The notes below the pieces were generated by a model. The model worked only from the letters and a program-made list of their open reading frames with translations. It was not told the origin of the DNA and ran no database searches. From NCBI GenBank assembly GCA_965153455.1, contig OZ234494.1:5332001-5396000 (forward strand): a stretch of DNA of 64,000 nt, given 5' to 3'. This document shows, one piece after another, positions 41,229 through 53,469 of the stretch. Numbering within the stretch: position 1 is the stretch's first letter; each line of letters begins with the position of its first letter. Origin of the DNA: Sphagnum compactum. Taxonomy: Eukaryota. Made by a program: the position numbers and the translations under genes.

Positions 41229-41391
41229 CAGCAAAGGGAAATTAAAACGATTGACTACATATAACTATCTATGCCATGCAATTTCCTGAATTTAAAAAAT
41301 ACATATCCTTATTCTTTTTCTAAAAAATTTGTTATGTTGATATCTAGATGTATGTCTTAAAACTAGATAATCAGACAACATTGGTTAGAAC

Positions 41392-41829
41392 TAGTGTTAG
41401 GCAAATACCCAATTTGGAGGGTTTGAATTGTAGGTTTTGGTTCTGGTTAATAAAACTTGAACTAAGTTTAGTTTTCGAATCGGATTTGCAACAAAAACCA
41501 GGGTTTTGGTCTTTTAAAAAGAACCAAAACTGAACTGGAACCAGGATTCTCGTTTTTAAAGAACTAGGACCCAAACCAGAAATGGCTCAAGGATTAGAAC
41601 TGGGGGTTAACTATTACTGAACTGCCAGTTTTGGTCCAAGTTACTTGGAACCAAGTCTATTTTTTCTGATTGGAACCAGAATCAGAACCAATATTTTGTT
41701 GTTTTCAAAGAATTGAACCCAAAACTGAAACCAATATTTTGTTTATTTAAAACCACAAAAACTGGAACAAGAACTACTTTAATTAATTTTCTTAAACCAA
41801 CACCGAAGGTAAGAACTACCTGACACTTG
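41392..41829. mobile_element. GGAACC-rich hAT MITE abutting the large hAT element
   Basis: TIRs TAGTGTTAGG / CCTGACACTTG. Flanks GTTAGAAC (shared with the large hAT) and GTTAAAAC (41830-41837). Confidence 0.75.
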
Positions 41830-43699
41830 GTTAAAACCCATCCATTCTAGTCCCGGTTAGTTAAAACCAAATTGGAACTGAAACCAGAACCTTTTTAGAA
41901 CTGGACCCAAAACACTAGGTTCTTCGATCTATTTATGTTTAAAACCCAAACTGAAACTAGATTTGAGATTTTGGAAAAACAACTAGAACTAAGGGCTAAA
42001 CAGAGGTTAACCAATAACTAATCACTGGCTTTGGTTTGAGTTACTTGGAAGGAGAGCAGAATTAAGTCTGATTTTCAAAATTGAATCTAAAATTTGTTGT
42101 TTTGAAAAATCAAACCCAAAACTGAATTCCCAGTTCCATTTATCTGTGGAAATACAGGTTGTTTACAAAAATGAAGAACTGCCCAACACTGGTTTGCACC
42201 TAGGGTGAAAGAATATGTTTATAGCCTCTAAATGGATTTAATTAGTTGATAGGTTAATAATATTCACATTCTTAATTGTATACCTGACCTCAAAACCCAA
42301 CAATCTGGGGGTGGATTGGTATAAATAATTTGGTCAATTTGGCAATACCATTATCATTTCAATGAAAAGAAACCAATAGAGTGTGGTTTGCCAAACCTTA
42401 GAAGGTTGGATATTTTTGTCATCCCCAGCCCAATTGCATCCCATGATCTACAACACAAAAAAATGATGTTCATGCCATGTTTCTGACTTCACCAGAACTT
42501 GGATAGGTTTATTTAATGTGGATTTTCTTTTTCCAGAAACTGGAACCAAAGGTTTTGTCAAATCTAAATTTCAACAGACCTGAACTGGAAGTTATTAACA
42601 AAATCAAAGAACCAAAGAACACTAGCTTAGACCAGTGTTTGACGGTTCTTTCATTTCCAACCCAACTGCAGCTCCAGGCTATACAAGATATGTAGGCATA
42701 TTACTGGCAGAGGCCAAAGTTTGAAAGACCCACCCCATGTGCTGCCCTGGAAAATAGAAATTTTTTATGGCATCCACCCTTGGCTCCGACCTGGCAAAAA
42801 CAAAAATGTCAAAGACTGGAAAAGAATCAACAGTTCTTTCATGAAACAGGAGGTTCTTTCAGGGGTTTGAAAAACATGGAACTAAGTGGTTCTTTGATTT
42901 TGTATTTTTTTCAAATACCTAGAATCGCCTCACATTGGCTTATACAGGCCGCAACATCAGCATTTGAGTGGCACTTGTAACTGCCTCCATCTATTCATCT
43001 TTCATTGTGAAGATGGAATTGCGAAGTAGTTTAGGGAGAGGTATGTATTAGGCACAAAACAATCACTTTGTATGTTACCTGCATTTGAATATGATCTGAA
43101 ACCAGGTACAAAGTCATACACATTTATTTTAATAACCAACAAGAAATTTCATAGGTGAAAAAGTTCATTCAACACATTTTAGATGAAGAAGGTGATTTGT
43201 CAACAATGCTCTTGATATGTTTGTGGGTTACACCAAGATGGCGTGATAGGGTTGTTGTCCGTCTTTTGTTGTCTTACTCTTGAGGCCCCACAAACACAAT
43301 TAACATCCCATTGTTCAGTTTAAGGTAAGGACTGAAACTGGGGCCATTCTGGGTATACGGGCCTGGTGTTAGGAGACATTTGAATGTGAGACCAAAATTC
43401 CAAGAATCACCCCACTCAAGATCTTTTCCAAGTATAAAGAATCACTAGAATATTGCTTATTAGATGGGCAGCTGGTTTTTTTTTTGGGAGAGGAGACTCC
43501 TTGTAAGATTCCTCATTTTTCAGGAAGCTTATGCATAAGGTGCCGTCCTTTGTTGAGGCAGAAATTTTAATAAAGAGTGGTTTTTACAAATTGTTCATTT
43601 CAATTGTAGGAACATCATATTCTGAAGAAAATAGAATATTGTAAGTAAAATTAACTTGGGTCACATCCCTACCATCAACACATATATGTGTGTTTCACC

Positions 43700-44270
43700 A
43701 TCTAAACTTAGGAAGAGTACTAGTTCAGTCTTTAGGAAGAGTCCACCCAACTATTTGCTTTGGAGTGTGGAGCATATGTTCAGAGGGTTTTTTTCTTAGT
43801 TCAGTTTGACGATGAGTAGATATCTTTATCACTAGAGATGGTTTTTGGACTTTGATGAACATTGTCATTGTTGATTCGATTTGCATAAATATGGTGTGGT
43901 AAGCATTGACGATGACAACACATGCAACGACGATGACTATTTAGGAAAAGACATGATCATATATTGAGCAAGCATCATGCGATGATTTCATTCCCATTGC
44001 TATTGAAACATATGCCTATGTCTTCATTCTCATTTTGATTAAATTTTGGCTGCTTGTGCACAGATTTCTATTGCGTGTTATCAATGATTTTCTTTAGTCC
44101 CTTTGATGCTTGTATCTTATTATCGATAGTGCATGTCCATAGCTTTGCAACATGTGCAAGCCATAACAATTTTTCATCTGTTGCACTTGGTTGAGGTTCT
44201 TCATCTCTTTCACACATCATAATTAGTGCACTTCCATCACTAGCCAATTTGTGGCAAACAATAGTTTTTT
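43700..44270 (+). mobile_element. 3' remnant of a CRE-like non-LTR retrotransposon (restriction-like endonuclease domain)
   Basis: Translation ..VDIFITRDGFWTLMNIVIVDS...EKT*SYIEQASCDDFIPIAIETY...CMSIALQHVQA resembles the R.D...D...K..Y...F.P.A.ET.G...S.ALQR.A pattern of RLE domains. Many stops. Confidence 0.7.
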
Positions 44271-47039
44271 CATCTTAGGTCTTCTTTATTATTGTTGATC
44301 GTCATTTCATAACCATGGGTCCTATTTGCATAGGGTTTTTATCTTATTTTTGTTGATTGTTTGTTTTGGTTTTTTCTTTTGGTTGTGTTTACTTGTGCTT
44401 TTATTTGGCTTGTATTTTTGATGGATGGGTTCCTGTCCTTGATTTTTATATACACGATTTATTTTTTTAGTTTTTGGACACATCTTATTTGAGCTTGGCA
44501 ATCACAAATTTATGCACTCAAACTTCCATGGCCCGGAGGCACCATTGTCCTTCTCAAAATATGTCGAGCACTAAGGTAAGAAATATGTGGATAGTTATTT
44601 GTAGGTTGATAGGTTGAAAAGAGACATGCATACTTGTTTATTAAGCTATTTTTAAGTGACTATAAAATATCCATTCCATAGCAAAAATAGGTCCCTAGTT
44701 GGAGTGTTGGTATTATGTATAGGGTGCATTTTAGAAGGTAAAATATTGGAATTAATTGATATAACACAATGGTATGGATAAGGATGACTCTATGAAAATT
44801 TCATAGGCATATGTGCAATAGGAGTATATTAAAAAGGTATGGTATTATGCATAAAGAAAGGTGATAATTCATTATTTTTTCATGTTAGTGATTTTTTTTC
44901 CAATTTTGCAATGTTGTTAATGTGGTGATAGTCCATAAATATATTTAGCCAAATTTGGCGAAATTAAAAATATGCAAGTACAAAATCTTAAGCACCCTTT
45001 CATACTATAGGCAATTGTGTCATTCTTGGTGATTTTTTCGATTGTTTTGTGGACTTTTTAAAAAAAAACATGGAATTTCTGACAGAAGTTCCTCGAAAAT
45101 ATTTTTTACAAATTGGCTTTAAAAACTCACTGTCTCTCTACAAGGATAAAACTTTTTCCACCATTTTGAACGAAACATTTTCCAGCCATCTTCAGCGCTT
45201 TTTCTGAAGGGTAAACTTTGGGACCTGGCCAGGTTATTAGTTATTACCTGTAGACTGAATAATGCAAAATTCAGTAGAAGGAAAGGGAAATTGAATGCAG
45301 GCAGTAGAAAAGTACTGCTGCGATTTTTTCTCGCAGTCTGCCCTTTGCCCCATTCATATTTTCTAAAACAAATTGGGTGATACCTGGGCATGTTCTGCAC
45401 TCATAACCTTTCATGCTATGAATGTTTGAAAGGGCACGCAACATGCCCAGTGACATATTACATACCCCTAACATCCATAACATGTTGAAAATATGCATAA
45501 CATGTACCCAAAACATGATAAGTTAAAAACAAAGTGGAGGAAACACTAAGGCCAAGAATGGAAATCTATTTGGATTGATTTGGGGAGAGGGTAGGGCTGC
45601 ATAATATAAGGACATTATAGTTTAGGGTACCCAACACTGTATCTTATGAGTTATGTTGTTGGAGTCCACCCAAGTGTTCCATGCTTAATGAGGGTCTTCT
45701 CTCATCTGAACCCAGTCACTAGCCCATGTTTCACCAGTGCACTCAACTTGGGTAGATAAAATTATGAACTAGCCTACCTATCCAAAGAGAGGGATGTTTG
45801 GAAACCACTCATGTACACTTGTGAGCCCCTTGCTAAATCAGCAGTAGGTCCTAAATGCAAGCAGTACAAAAGTAGTTCTACATTTCTTTTTTCATCATGT
45901 TTGCTTTTTTGGGGCTTATGTTACTAGGGGTATTCATGGAAATAAGGTGCCCTTGAAATGCACCAAAAAGAAAGACTTATGTGATTCATCTATTCGATTG
46001 TTGCTTGAACGTTATTTATAACTAATTCTAGAATTTTTTTTCCAATGATCTAGTTTGGTAATTTAGGATGCATCCTTGATTTTTGATAAAGTTTCAAATC
46101 TTTTTGTCATGTTGTTCTGAAACATTCCCAACATTGTTGAAACTAAACTATGTACACAAAATTCCCCATTTGCTTCTTGGAAACAGATTTTGAATAATTA
46201 GTTCTCACCATGAATTTTATAGCAATACTCATTTCTCAAAAAAATTGATGTCATGTTGCCATTTAGGGTTCATGTTTGTCCTCTCATATGTCATATTTCA
46301 AAATATATATTTTCTCCTATAATAACTACATTTTTATAAATCAAGTTTCCAAAGTTCTTTAGAGAACTTTTCTTAATGTGTATATGTTTCGTATCCTAAC
46401 TTTTGTAGATTTAATGTCAAAATTCTATTTGTCCAACATTAAGTATTTTACACCCATATGAGGTAGTTAGATGTAGTTCCCTAAGTGTCAAATCCCAAAA
46501 TTATACCATGTGGTTAACAATTAACTTAATTTTTTTTTGCAATTACACAAGTCATACATGGAATAAAATTGACGCAATATTATGGATGATACATAGACTA
46601 GTTTAGTTGTATGGCAAAATCAAAAACATGGAAAACATGGATTAATTCTGTTAAAAGGAAATTCCACCTTGCCAATTGTCCAAAATATCATCCTAGTTAA
46701 GGGAATTTGCTGTGAAAAAGAATGCATATTTCATGCAACAAAATTCAAAACTTCTCACATCTAAATCAAGGTGGAATGTGAAATCATATGTCACCGGTGA
46801 CCAGTGTTTTCTTTTCAATTCTCTGGTTTCAAAATTTTGGCCAATTCTTCCCAACTTTTAGTAAAGTTAGTCGAATTTGCACTAAAACCACCAAATTTGT
46901 TTGTCGACAGGTGGCAAAAATTCGCCCCAAAAAAACCACTGTCCGTAAAAGTTTTTCCTAACTCCCAACTAAAATGTAATTGAGAAAGGTTTTAGTGATA
47001 ACTGTTACCCTGTCGGAGTGATTCATTTCAATATCATAA

Positions 47040-48211
47040 AGTGTCGGGTAAATGCACGCGTACGGCAGGCGCCCACCATCGCCCGCCGACAAAGCAGTGC
47101 GTAACTAGTTCTTGCAATCTCCTGCCGCAACAGACAATGTCCACGTCGTGTGCCGCTGACAATGTACAGTTCTGCTTACACTCGCACGCTCTCGCCGATA
47201 GTGTGCACGTTGCGTTGATACTTGCAAACTTAGTGGCACGCGCTCCCTGTGCCCGGCCTTGATCCGACCGACAGTGTATGATTTCACGTAAGCTTGACAG
47301 AAGCTCACGTGCGGGTGGATCTCAAAAGTCTCATCGTGATCTCAACCCACGAGAATTTGAACTGTTTTACCTAGCATTGTAGTATGGACAGTCGAGACTG
47401 ATGGACCAAACACGAATTCAACGTATTCTTAGGGGCGAAGCCGTCGACTTCTTGGACAGGAATCAATACGGTGGATTCAGCATACGGTATCCCTGCACGA
47501 CCAACCAGATCATCATGAGTTTAGTGGAATCTCTGTGTTTTGAGTAGCGGACTAAATTAGAGTCAACGGGGCTAATAGCCAAAATGACGGAAACTCACAT
47601 GCGGGTGTAGTCGACGTCTCATCATGGCCCATGCAATTGAGAATTAATTTAACTGTTTTTAAGTAGCGTTGTTGCTGTCTCCAATTTGCCACCCATGAAT
47701 CATTTGTTGCTTAGTGGGTTGCTGCACAGTCTTTCTTGAATAGGAAGATTCAGTACTTTGTTACTTGAATGTTCGAAAATCCCTATATGGCGAAACGCAA
47801 TAACTAGGGATCTAAAAATTGAATTTAGTGGAATCTGGATGATCAGCAGCGGAAATTAGAGTCCTGAAGACGAGAGATTGATTAAGATACGACGCAAATC
47901 AATACTTAGTTACTTGAATCTTCGGAAATCCATATGGCAAAAGGATTTAACCATAAAAATGAGTTTAGTGGAATCTGGATTAATATCAGTGGCGGCAATT
48001 AAAGTCCTGATGAAGGCGAGAGGTTAATTGAGATACCACGCAAATTAGGCGTCGCCACGCATCTCGTCTGGACAATTGTAATCGCTTGCTCGCTTGTCTG
48101 GAGCAGTAACCCAAATTAGCAGAAATTTTAAAGAGTCCTGAAGAGGAGAGAGATCAAACCACTATGCAAATTGGACGTCGATACACATCTGATCTGCATT
48201 TCTTCAAAATG
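47040..48211 (+). promoter_or_regulatory. CpG-rich putative promoter/5' region with internal direct repeats, ending in ATG|GT
   Basis: Locally GC/CpG-rich. GCCGAC at 47085, ACCGAC at 47267, CACGTG at 47306. Repeated TTTAGTGGAATCT...AATTA(G/A)AGTC modules. AAAATG|GTATGG at 48209-48217. Confidence 0.45.
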
Positions 48212-48535
48212 GTATGGTTACATTTAACGTAATTAGCACCGTTAATTAAGGACATGCCCTTGTAAAGCTAATTCCTACATCATGCTGCAGCAACGCTCTA
48301 CTCGGTCAACTACCTTTGTTGTCGTTTGGGGTACGCAAATTAAGAATGTGAAATCTTGAGTTGAAGTGAATGTTCATGGGTTCTTGAGAAGGATTGTATT
48401 CATGTTATGGTGCTGTGGGTCATTGGTACAATTGAAGCAAGAGATTCATGAACTTCTTCCTTAGACTTGCATAATTTAAACTGAGTACAACTAATTCCAG
48501 CCACATTATTATAAGCATTTGTGAAATGTCCCAGC

Positions 48536-48794
48536 CAATTTTTTTATCATTGGCAAGGTTTCACCAAATTTTGACCTGAAATAGATAATTTCGACTTTTA
48601 CAAGTGATTTTCCACGAAATAAAAATTCAAAATCACCAATTTTTTATGGTGAGTTCTAGTAGGTAGCCAAGGATATAGAAGGATTCTGATTTTTTTCTAC
48701 TTTCATGTATAGTATTATGTAGCCAAATTTGCCTAAATTATTTTTTGGATGATTGCCACATTGGCTACATCACAAAATCCTTAAAAAAACACTT
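48536..48794. mobile_element. hAT-type MITE
   Basis: TSD GTCCCAGC (48528-48535) / GTCGCAGC (48795-48802). The empty site is seen in the paralogous sequence at ~63970-63995 (minus). Confidence 0.8.
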
Positions 48795-51700
48795 GTCGCA
48801 GCTCTTGTCCCATGCATCATCCCTCCTGACAAAAGCGATGAGTCTGTATGGGGTATTTTCCAAAACTACCATATGTATGGAATAAAGTAAATCTTAGAAA
48901 AATTCTCTCCTGATGTCTTGTAGTTCAGGATTCAATAGCACTCAGAGTGTTATGAGATTTATGGCCATAAACTTCTGTTCAAAATAGAATCCTGCCCAAT
49001 TCACAACAATAAATTCACAGCAGAGCAAATGGTTCGATAGTGGTTCTTGAAAGATCTACAATTTTCTGTGTCTTCCCTGGCATAAAATATCTGATACTTG
49101 TTAGATATCAGGGGAAAAGATTAAAATTTGAATATGGTCTTTATGTTTGGTAAAGCCTTCAGGTGTGGGCTTTATCGAAATTGGGCTCATGCTCAGCTTC
49201 ACTTTGAACAAGCCCTTATTCTGGTAAAGTCTATGGCCTCATGTTTTACCGTCCACCTAAAACAGTAACATTATTTGGAAGGAACATGCTATGCTAGGAG
49301 AACCTTTCAAATTTATATGGGTATGCCTCTCCATGAAAGTTCTGCCCAGAGGAGAATGGTATTGGGGTTTTGTCTTTCAATTTTGTGATATCGAAAATTT
49401 GGCAAATTTTTCCAAAATTTTAGGAAAATCAGTCAAGTTTGCACTGTGAAAACAAGAATTTCCTAAATTTCCCATTTTGTTTGGTAAAAATGAAAGAAAA
49501 ATTGTTGAAAAAATTAGAGTATGGTACCTGTAAACACAAAAGAAAAAATTAGGTCAGTGTTTTATAGATGAGAAAAAGAAGCGTGATGAGTTTCTGTCTT
49601 CTGCCTTCTCATTATTTTGAACTTAATCATGTATTTATACATGTGTAAGCAAAAATGTTCACAGCGTGCCCAAATATGTCAATCTAGAATGTGTTTGGAT
49701 ACTTGCCCATTTCAATTGGTTTTTAAAAAAAAACAAAATAGTTGAGTTAGTTATTCACACATGATTTATCAAAAATATTGGGTCCCTTATCAAACCAACC
49801 TAAAGGATCCACAATTAAACACATAGGAAAAGGGGGAAAAAAAAAAGAAAGAGAAAGTTTGTGGATGGTTTGGCCATTGTGGAAGACCATGGTTTACCAT
49901 GCAATGCAAATTGAAGTTTGAAAATGAAGTTTATTCCCATACACTATGATAATAGTGGACTCCACTTGCAAGGTCTTAAGAGTTTAATTCCAAAGAGATT
50001 CAAACAATAACTGGTGGTGTGAATGCAAACTAGTCCCAACCACCACCATTGGTGGTTCTAATGGTGACCACATACACGTACATTATTACAAAATAAAGGT
50101 GAAATTCAGTAATTTCCCTATTCAGTGGAATAACGAATCCATCAGAGATTCACTAGTCTTCATTCAATGGGACTAGTGAATTCATTCAAAATCTAGTAAA
50201 AACATTTAATGAAGGTCCAAATTTTTTTAAAGGTGATCAAAATCTTGTCACAACATCATCCTTTTTCTATTTTTTTTACCTACTCCTTTTTATCATGTAA
50301 AGACACATTTATGGGTGATTATGATGGTATCTAAAATTATAATAATTTAAAATATAGTCATTTTGAAAATTTTGACAACTTTTGACTCATTATTTCTTAT
50401 GCGAATCAAAATATAAGATAAAAAAAAATTGTAGTAAAAACTAGACCCTTTTTGTTCTATGTGGTACACTTTAAAAGATTTTCACCTTGAACAAAGATGC
50501 ATTTTATTGTAGTGGTACTACTTTTTTAGTTTTTTTTGGTACAAATTTGAATTTTTCAATTATTTTTTCCAAAATCAAATGAACTCATTAAGTTTTTGGG
50601 TGAAATTTATTAATTATAAACCTTAGAATATTTTGCCCCCCATGTTTAGAACAATGTTAATAGTTGCTAAGTTGCAAATTAGGGCCAAATTTCACCCAAA
50701 AAATACACTATTGACAACCATTAAGAAAGCTTCTTAAAAAATAAAATAAAATATGGGATTAAAAAATTGTTAAAGTGCTAGTTCGTTAGAAATCTATCCA
50801 ACCTTAACCTAACCCTACTTTACTTAAAGGGTTTGTTGTTTAAGTGAGGAAATTAAAATGTTTAAAAAAATAATCTTGTGTGAGTTTTGAGTTTTAAGTG
50901 AAGGTGGACCCCTGTGATTTCACGTGCTGCTGTTGCTACACGGACATTCGATCTTTTGATGAAATTAAGAGAATTTGAACTCTTGTTTAGTGATCTCACT
51001 TGCAGCTACTGCAATGATCATCACATACGTGCATCTTCAGCGCTCAAACGTAATTGATCATGTATAGTGGGACGTAACACCTGCACAATATGAAAAGGCA
51101 TACATGTCTGCAAAACGAGATATTTAACTGATTTTTTTCATCAGTCCTGAGCATTCCTGAACGTGGAATTCTAAGGATACTGATACTGTTAAGAGCCGCC
51201 TCATGAGGGTAACATTTGCATGTCTATTGCACGTGGAATTCTGATACAGTTAATTCTGAAATGCGAGTTTAAAATTTGCATGTCTTTTGATTGATTCTAA
51301 GATGCAGTTTCAAGAGAGATTTTTTCTACTAACGAGACCAGGATGATAAAATTAGGCACTCGTCTAATAAATTAACATGTGTTCGTAGTCAACAGTTACT
51401 AAACAATTGGTTACGCAATCCCCTCATTTCCTGGAGTTCATGTAAAAAAGAGAGAAATTTTATAATTTGATGTTGATCACTCGTAGGGCTAGTGCTCGAC
51501 TCTTTTGTAGCCAATGCAAAATTCAAGTGTGCAATAGGAATCATTCATCATGCGGGTGAAGATTAGGCTACTATGTATTGCTCCTTTTTGTCGCTAAGGC
51601 AAAATCCAAGTGCCGGCGGCGGCGGTGGATGAGCCTAAGTCCTCGTCTCTGTCGCCAACGGAAAGTTGACCAAATCCATACGTCCATCCGTTAAAGCTTG

Positions 51701-53469
51701 TACAGCAGCTCTTTTTGTGGCCAATGCGAAAAACTACAACCAGTCGGTCGATGTCAGTGTTCAATTGGCTAATCAATTGCAATCTACATCCGTTATAATT
51801 AGTGAAAGTGTAAATTTAGCAAGTTAATCCTAATATGTACGTATTAGTACTAATACGGACAGGTTTCCAATTCGTCCTAAGGTCTGTAAGTGTTGTCGGT
51901 AAAGTCACGAGCACCAACGGATTTACCAGTAGCTGTTTTATTGTGACAGTTTTAAATTGCCCGAGATTCCGTAGGGACGGCCACACATTCGTGCATCCGT
52001 GCAACGGTAATTAACCGATGTGACAGATGATTTCCCACGCCTTAAATTGCGCAGCAGAACGAAATATTGTCTAATCTGTTATCACCAAGTTCACAGCTTG
52101 CGACTACTGCCGGCTGCTGCTGCTGAGATGGCTACCAAATGTAAGTATTGCACAAACGTGCACTTTGATGATGATGATTGCAATTAGTTACTGCACTAAT
52201 TTTTGCACTTGAGCCCTGTTCAGTGATTTTTTTTTCCTGTCCACGGTTTGTAGTTTTTTTTGGCACAATATTCGAGGGTAAAATGTGCTTTTTCTAGTGT
52301 AAAATTCGCAACTAAAATTTCTAATTTAATGGAAAAATTCACCAAATTTCCAATATTGTCACAAGATTGAACGAAAAAAAGAAAACAAAAGCCTGCATGC
52401 ATGTGACCAGTTCAAAAACGAAGTGGACATAAGGATCCATGAAATTATTGGAGATCAGTATTTTATTTTGTTTTTGGGGACAAGTGAGTTAAGGAAATGC
52501 ATGGATGCAGGAAGGGAAGAGCACATCCATACACGTTGACAGATAGCAGGGATCAACGGGTGTGCATCTGTTTGACGATGGACAATAATGTTCCCACCTG
52601 TTGGCAGAGCTCACCTTCATTGTTGTTTTCCGTGGATTGTAGGGCATTCCATATATTGATCATGGCACTTTAACCCAAGTACTTATAACGTTAATTTTAG
52701 TGTGCACGTGGAAAGAAACACAGAGAATTGAGCCAAACAAAGTGGAATCCAAACACAGTGCACGTGGAATCCAAACACCGAGAATTTAGGGTGAACGTTG
52801 AGAGTAAATTCAATTCCTTCTGGCAACATCATGAATTTGTGTACTACTCTTTAATTTTCCAGAATCACAATCTTCAGCTAGTTTTGTAGATTGGGTAGTG
52901 AAACTTTGGGACAGAGCCTTGACATCTCTCATGATTTGCAGATTTCAATTATGCTGCAGGTTTTTAATTAATTATGGACATTCATTTTTCCTGATTTCTT
53001 GTAGTCAATTGTTTTGCTTTAAGAAGAAGAAGAAGAGAATTCACTGTTTGAAGAATGTCCATAATTATTTGAAGAACTTTTTTGAATTCCTTTTCTAAAT
53101 TTTCTTTCATTGATAGTTTTGAAAATTTTGGGAAAAAAGGATTGCATTGAATATATTTTGAAATGGAGCTTCTGGACTTAGTCAGGATCTCAACGGTTAT
53201 GGTTGCGGTTGCCACTCTTTATGTACATATAAAAGTACAAAATAACAGATTTTGGACACTTCCTTCTGGAAGCGGTTGGAAAGTATAAAAGAAATTCAGA
53301 AAAATATATATCTGGTTTAGTCTCAGGTTACCTAAAATATCAATTTGGGTTGAAGCACTTGGTTTTATTGCATATTAGTTGAAATGTAACTTAGACTGTT
53401 GCCTATTTTATCAAATGGGTCTTTGTTGAAATTGAGCTTACTAAACTTGTGCAAATGCTTTTTAGTGAC

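Larger units (their letters stand above)
26898..41383 (+). mobile_element. large hAT transposon (14.5 kb including nested CACTA and captured gene fragments)
   Basis: TIRs CAATGTTGTCCAGTTATCCA / TAGATAATCAGACAACATTG. Perfect 8-bp TSD GTTAGAAC at 26890-26897 and 41384-41391. Internal hAT transposase remnant. Confidence 0.9.
26861..42191. mobile_element. GGAACC-rich hAT MITE split by ~15 kb of nested insertions
   Basis: TIRs TAGTTTTGGG (26861) / CCCAACACTG (42191). TSD GTTTGAAC / GTTTGCAC. Its own sequence is 26861-26897 plus 41838-42191. Confidence 0.7.

Noticed and set aside
43079-45250. Minus-strand gene from a 17-nt micro-exon (43079-43095) and an exon-like stretch at ~45180-45248
   Set aside because: Isolated splice-like signals that could not be chained into a reading frame.
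47845-48150. Hammerhead ribozyme / retrozyme (CTGAAGA, CTGATGA near GAAA and GTC)
   Set aside because: GTC abuts CTGANGA with no room for stem I, and no stem II closed by GAAA follows.
47518-48180. CRISPR array or C/D snoRNA cluster
   Set aside because: Repeats are diverged and irregularly spaced, there are no cas genes, the context is eukaryotic, and there are no proper RTGATGA/CTGA pairs with terminal stems.
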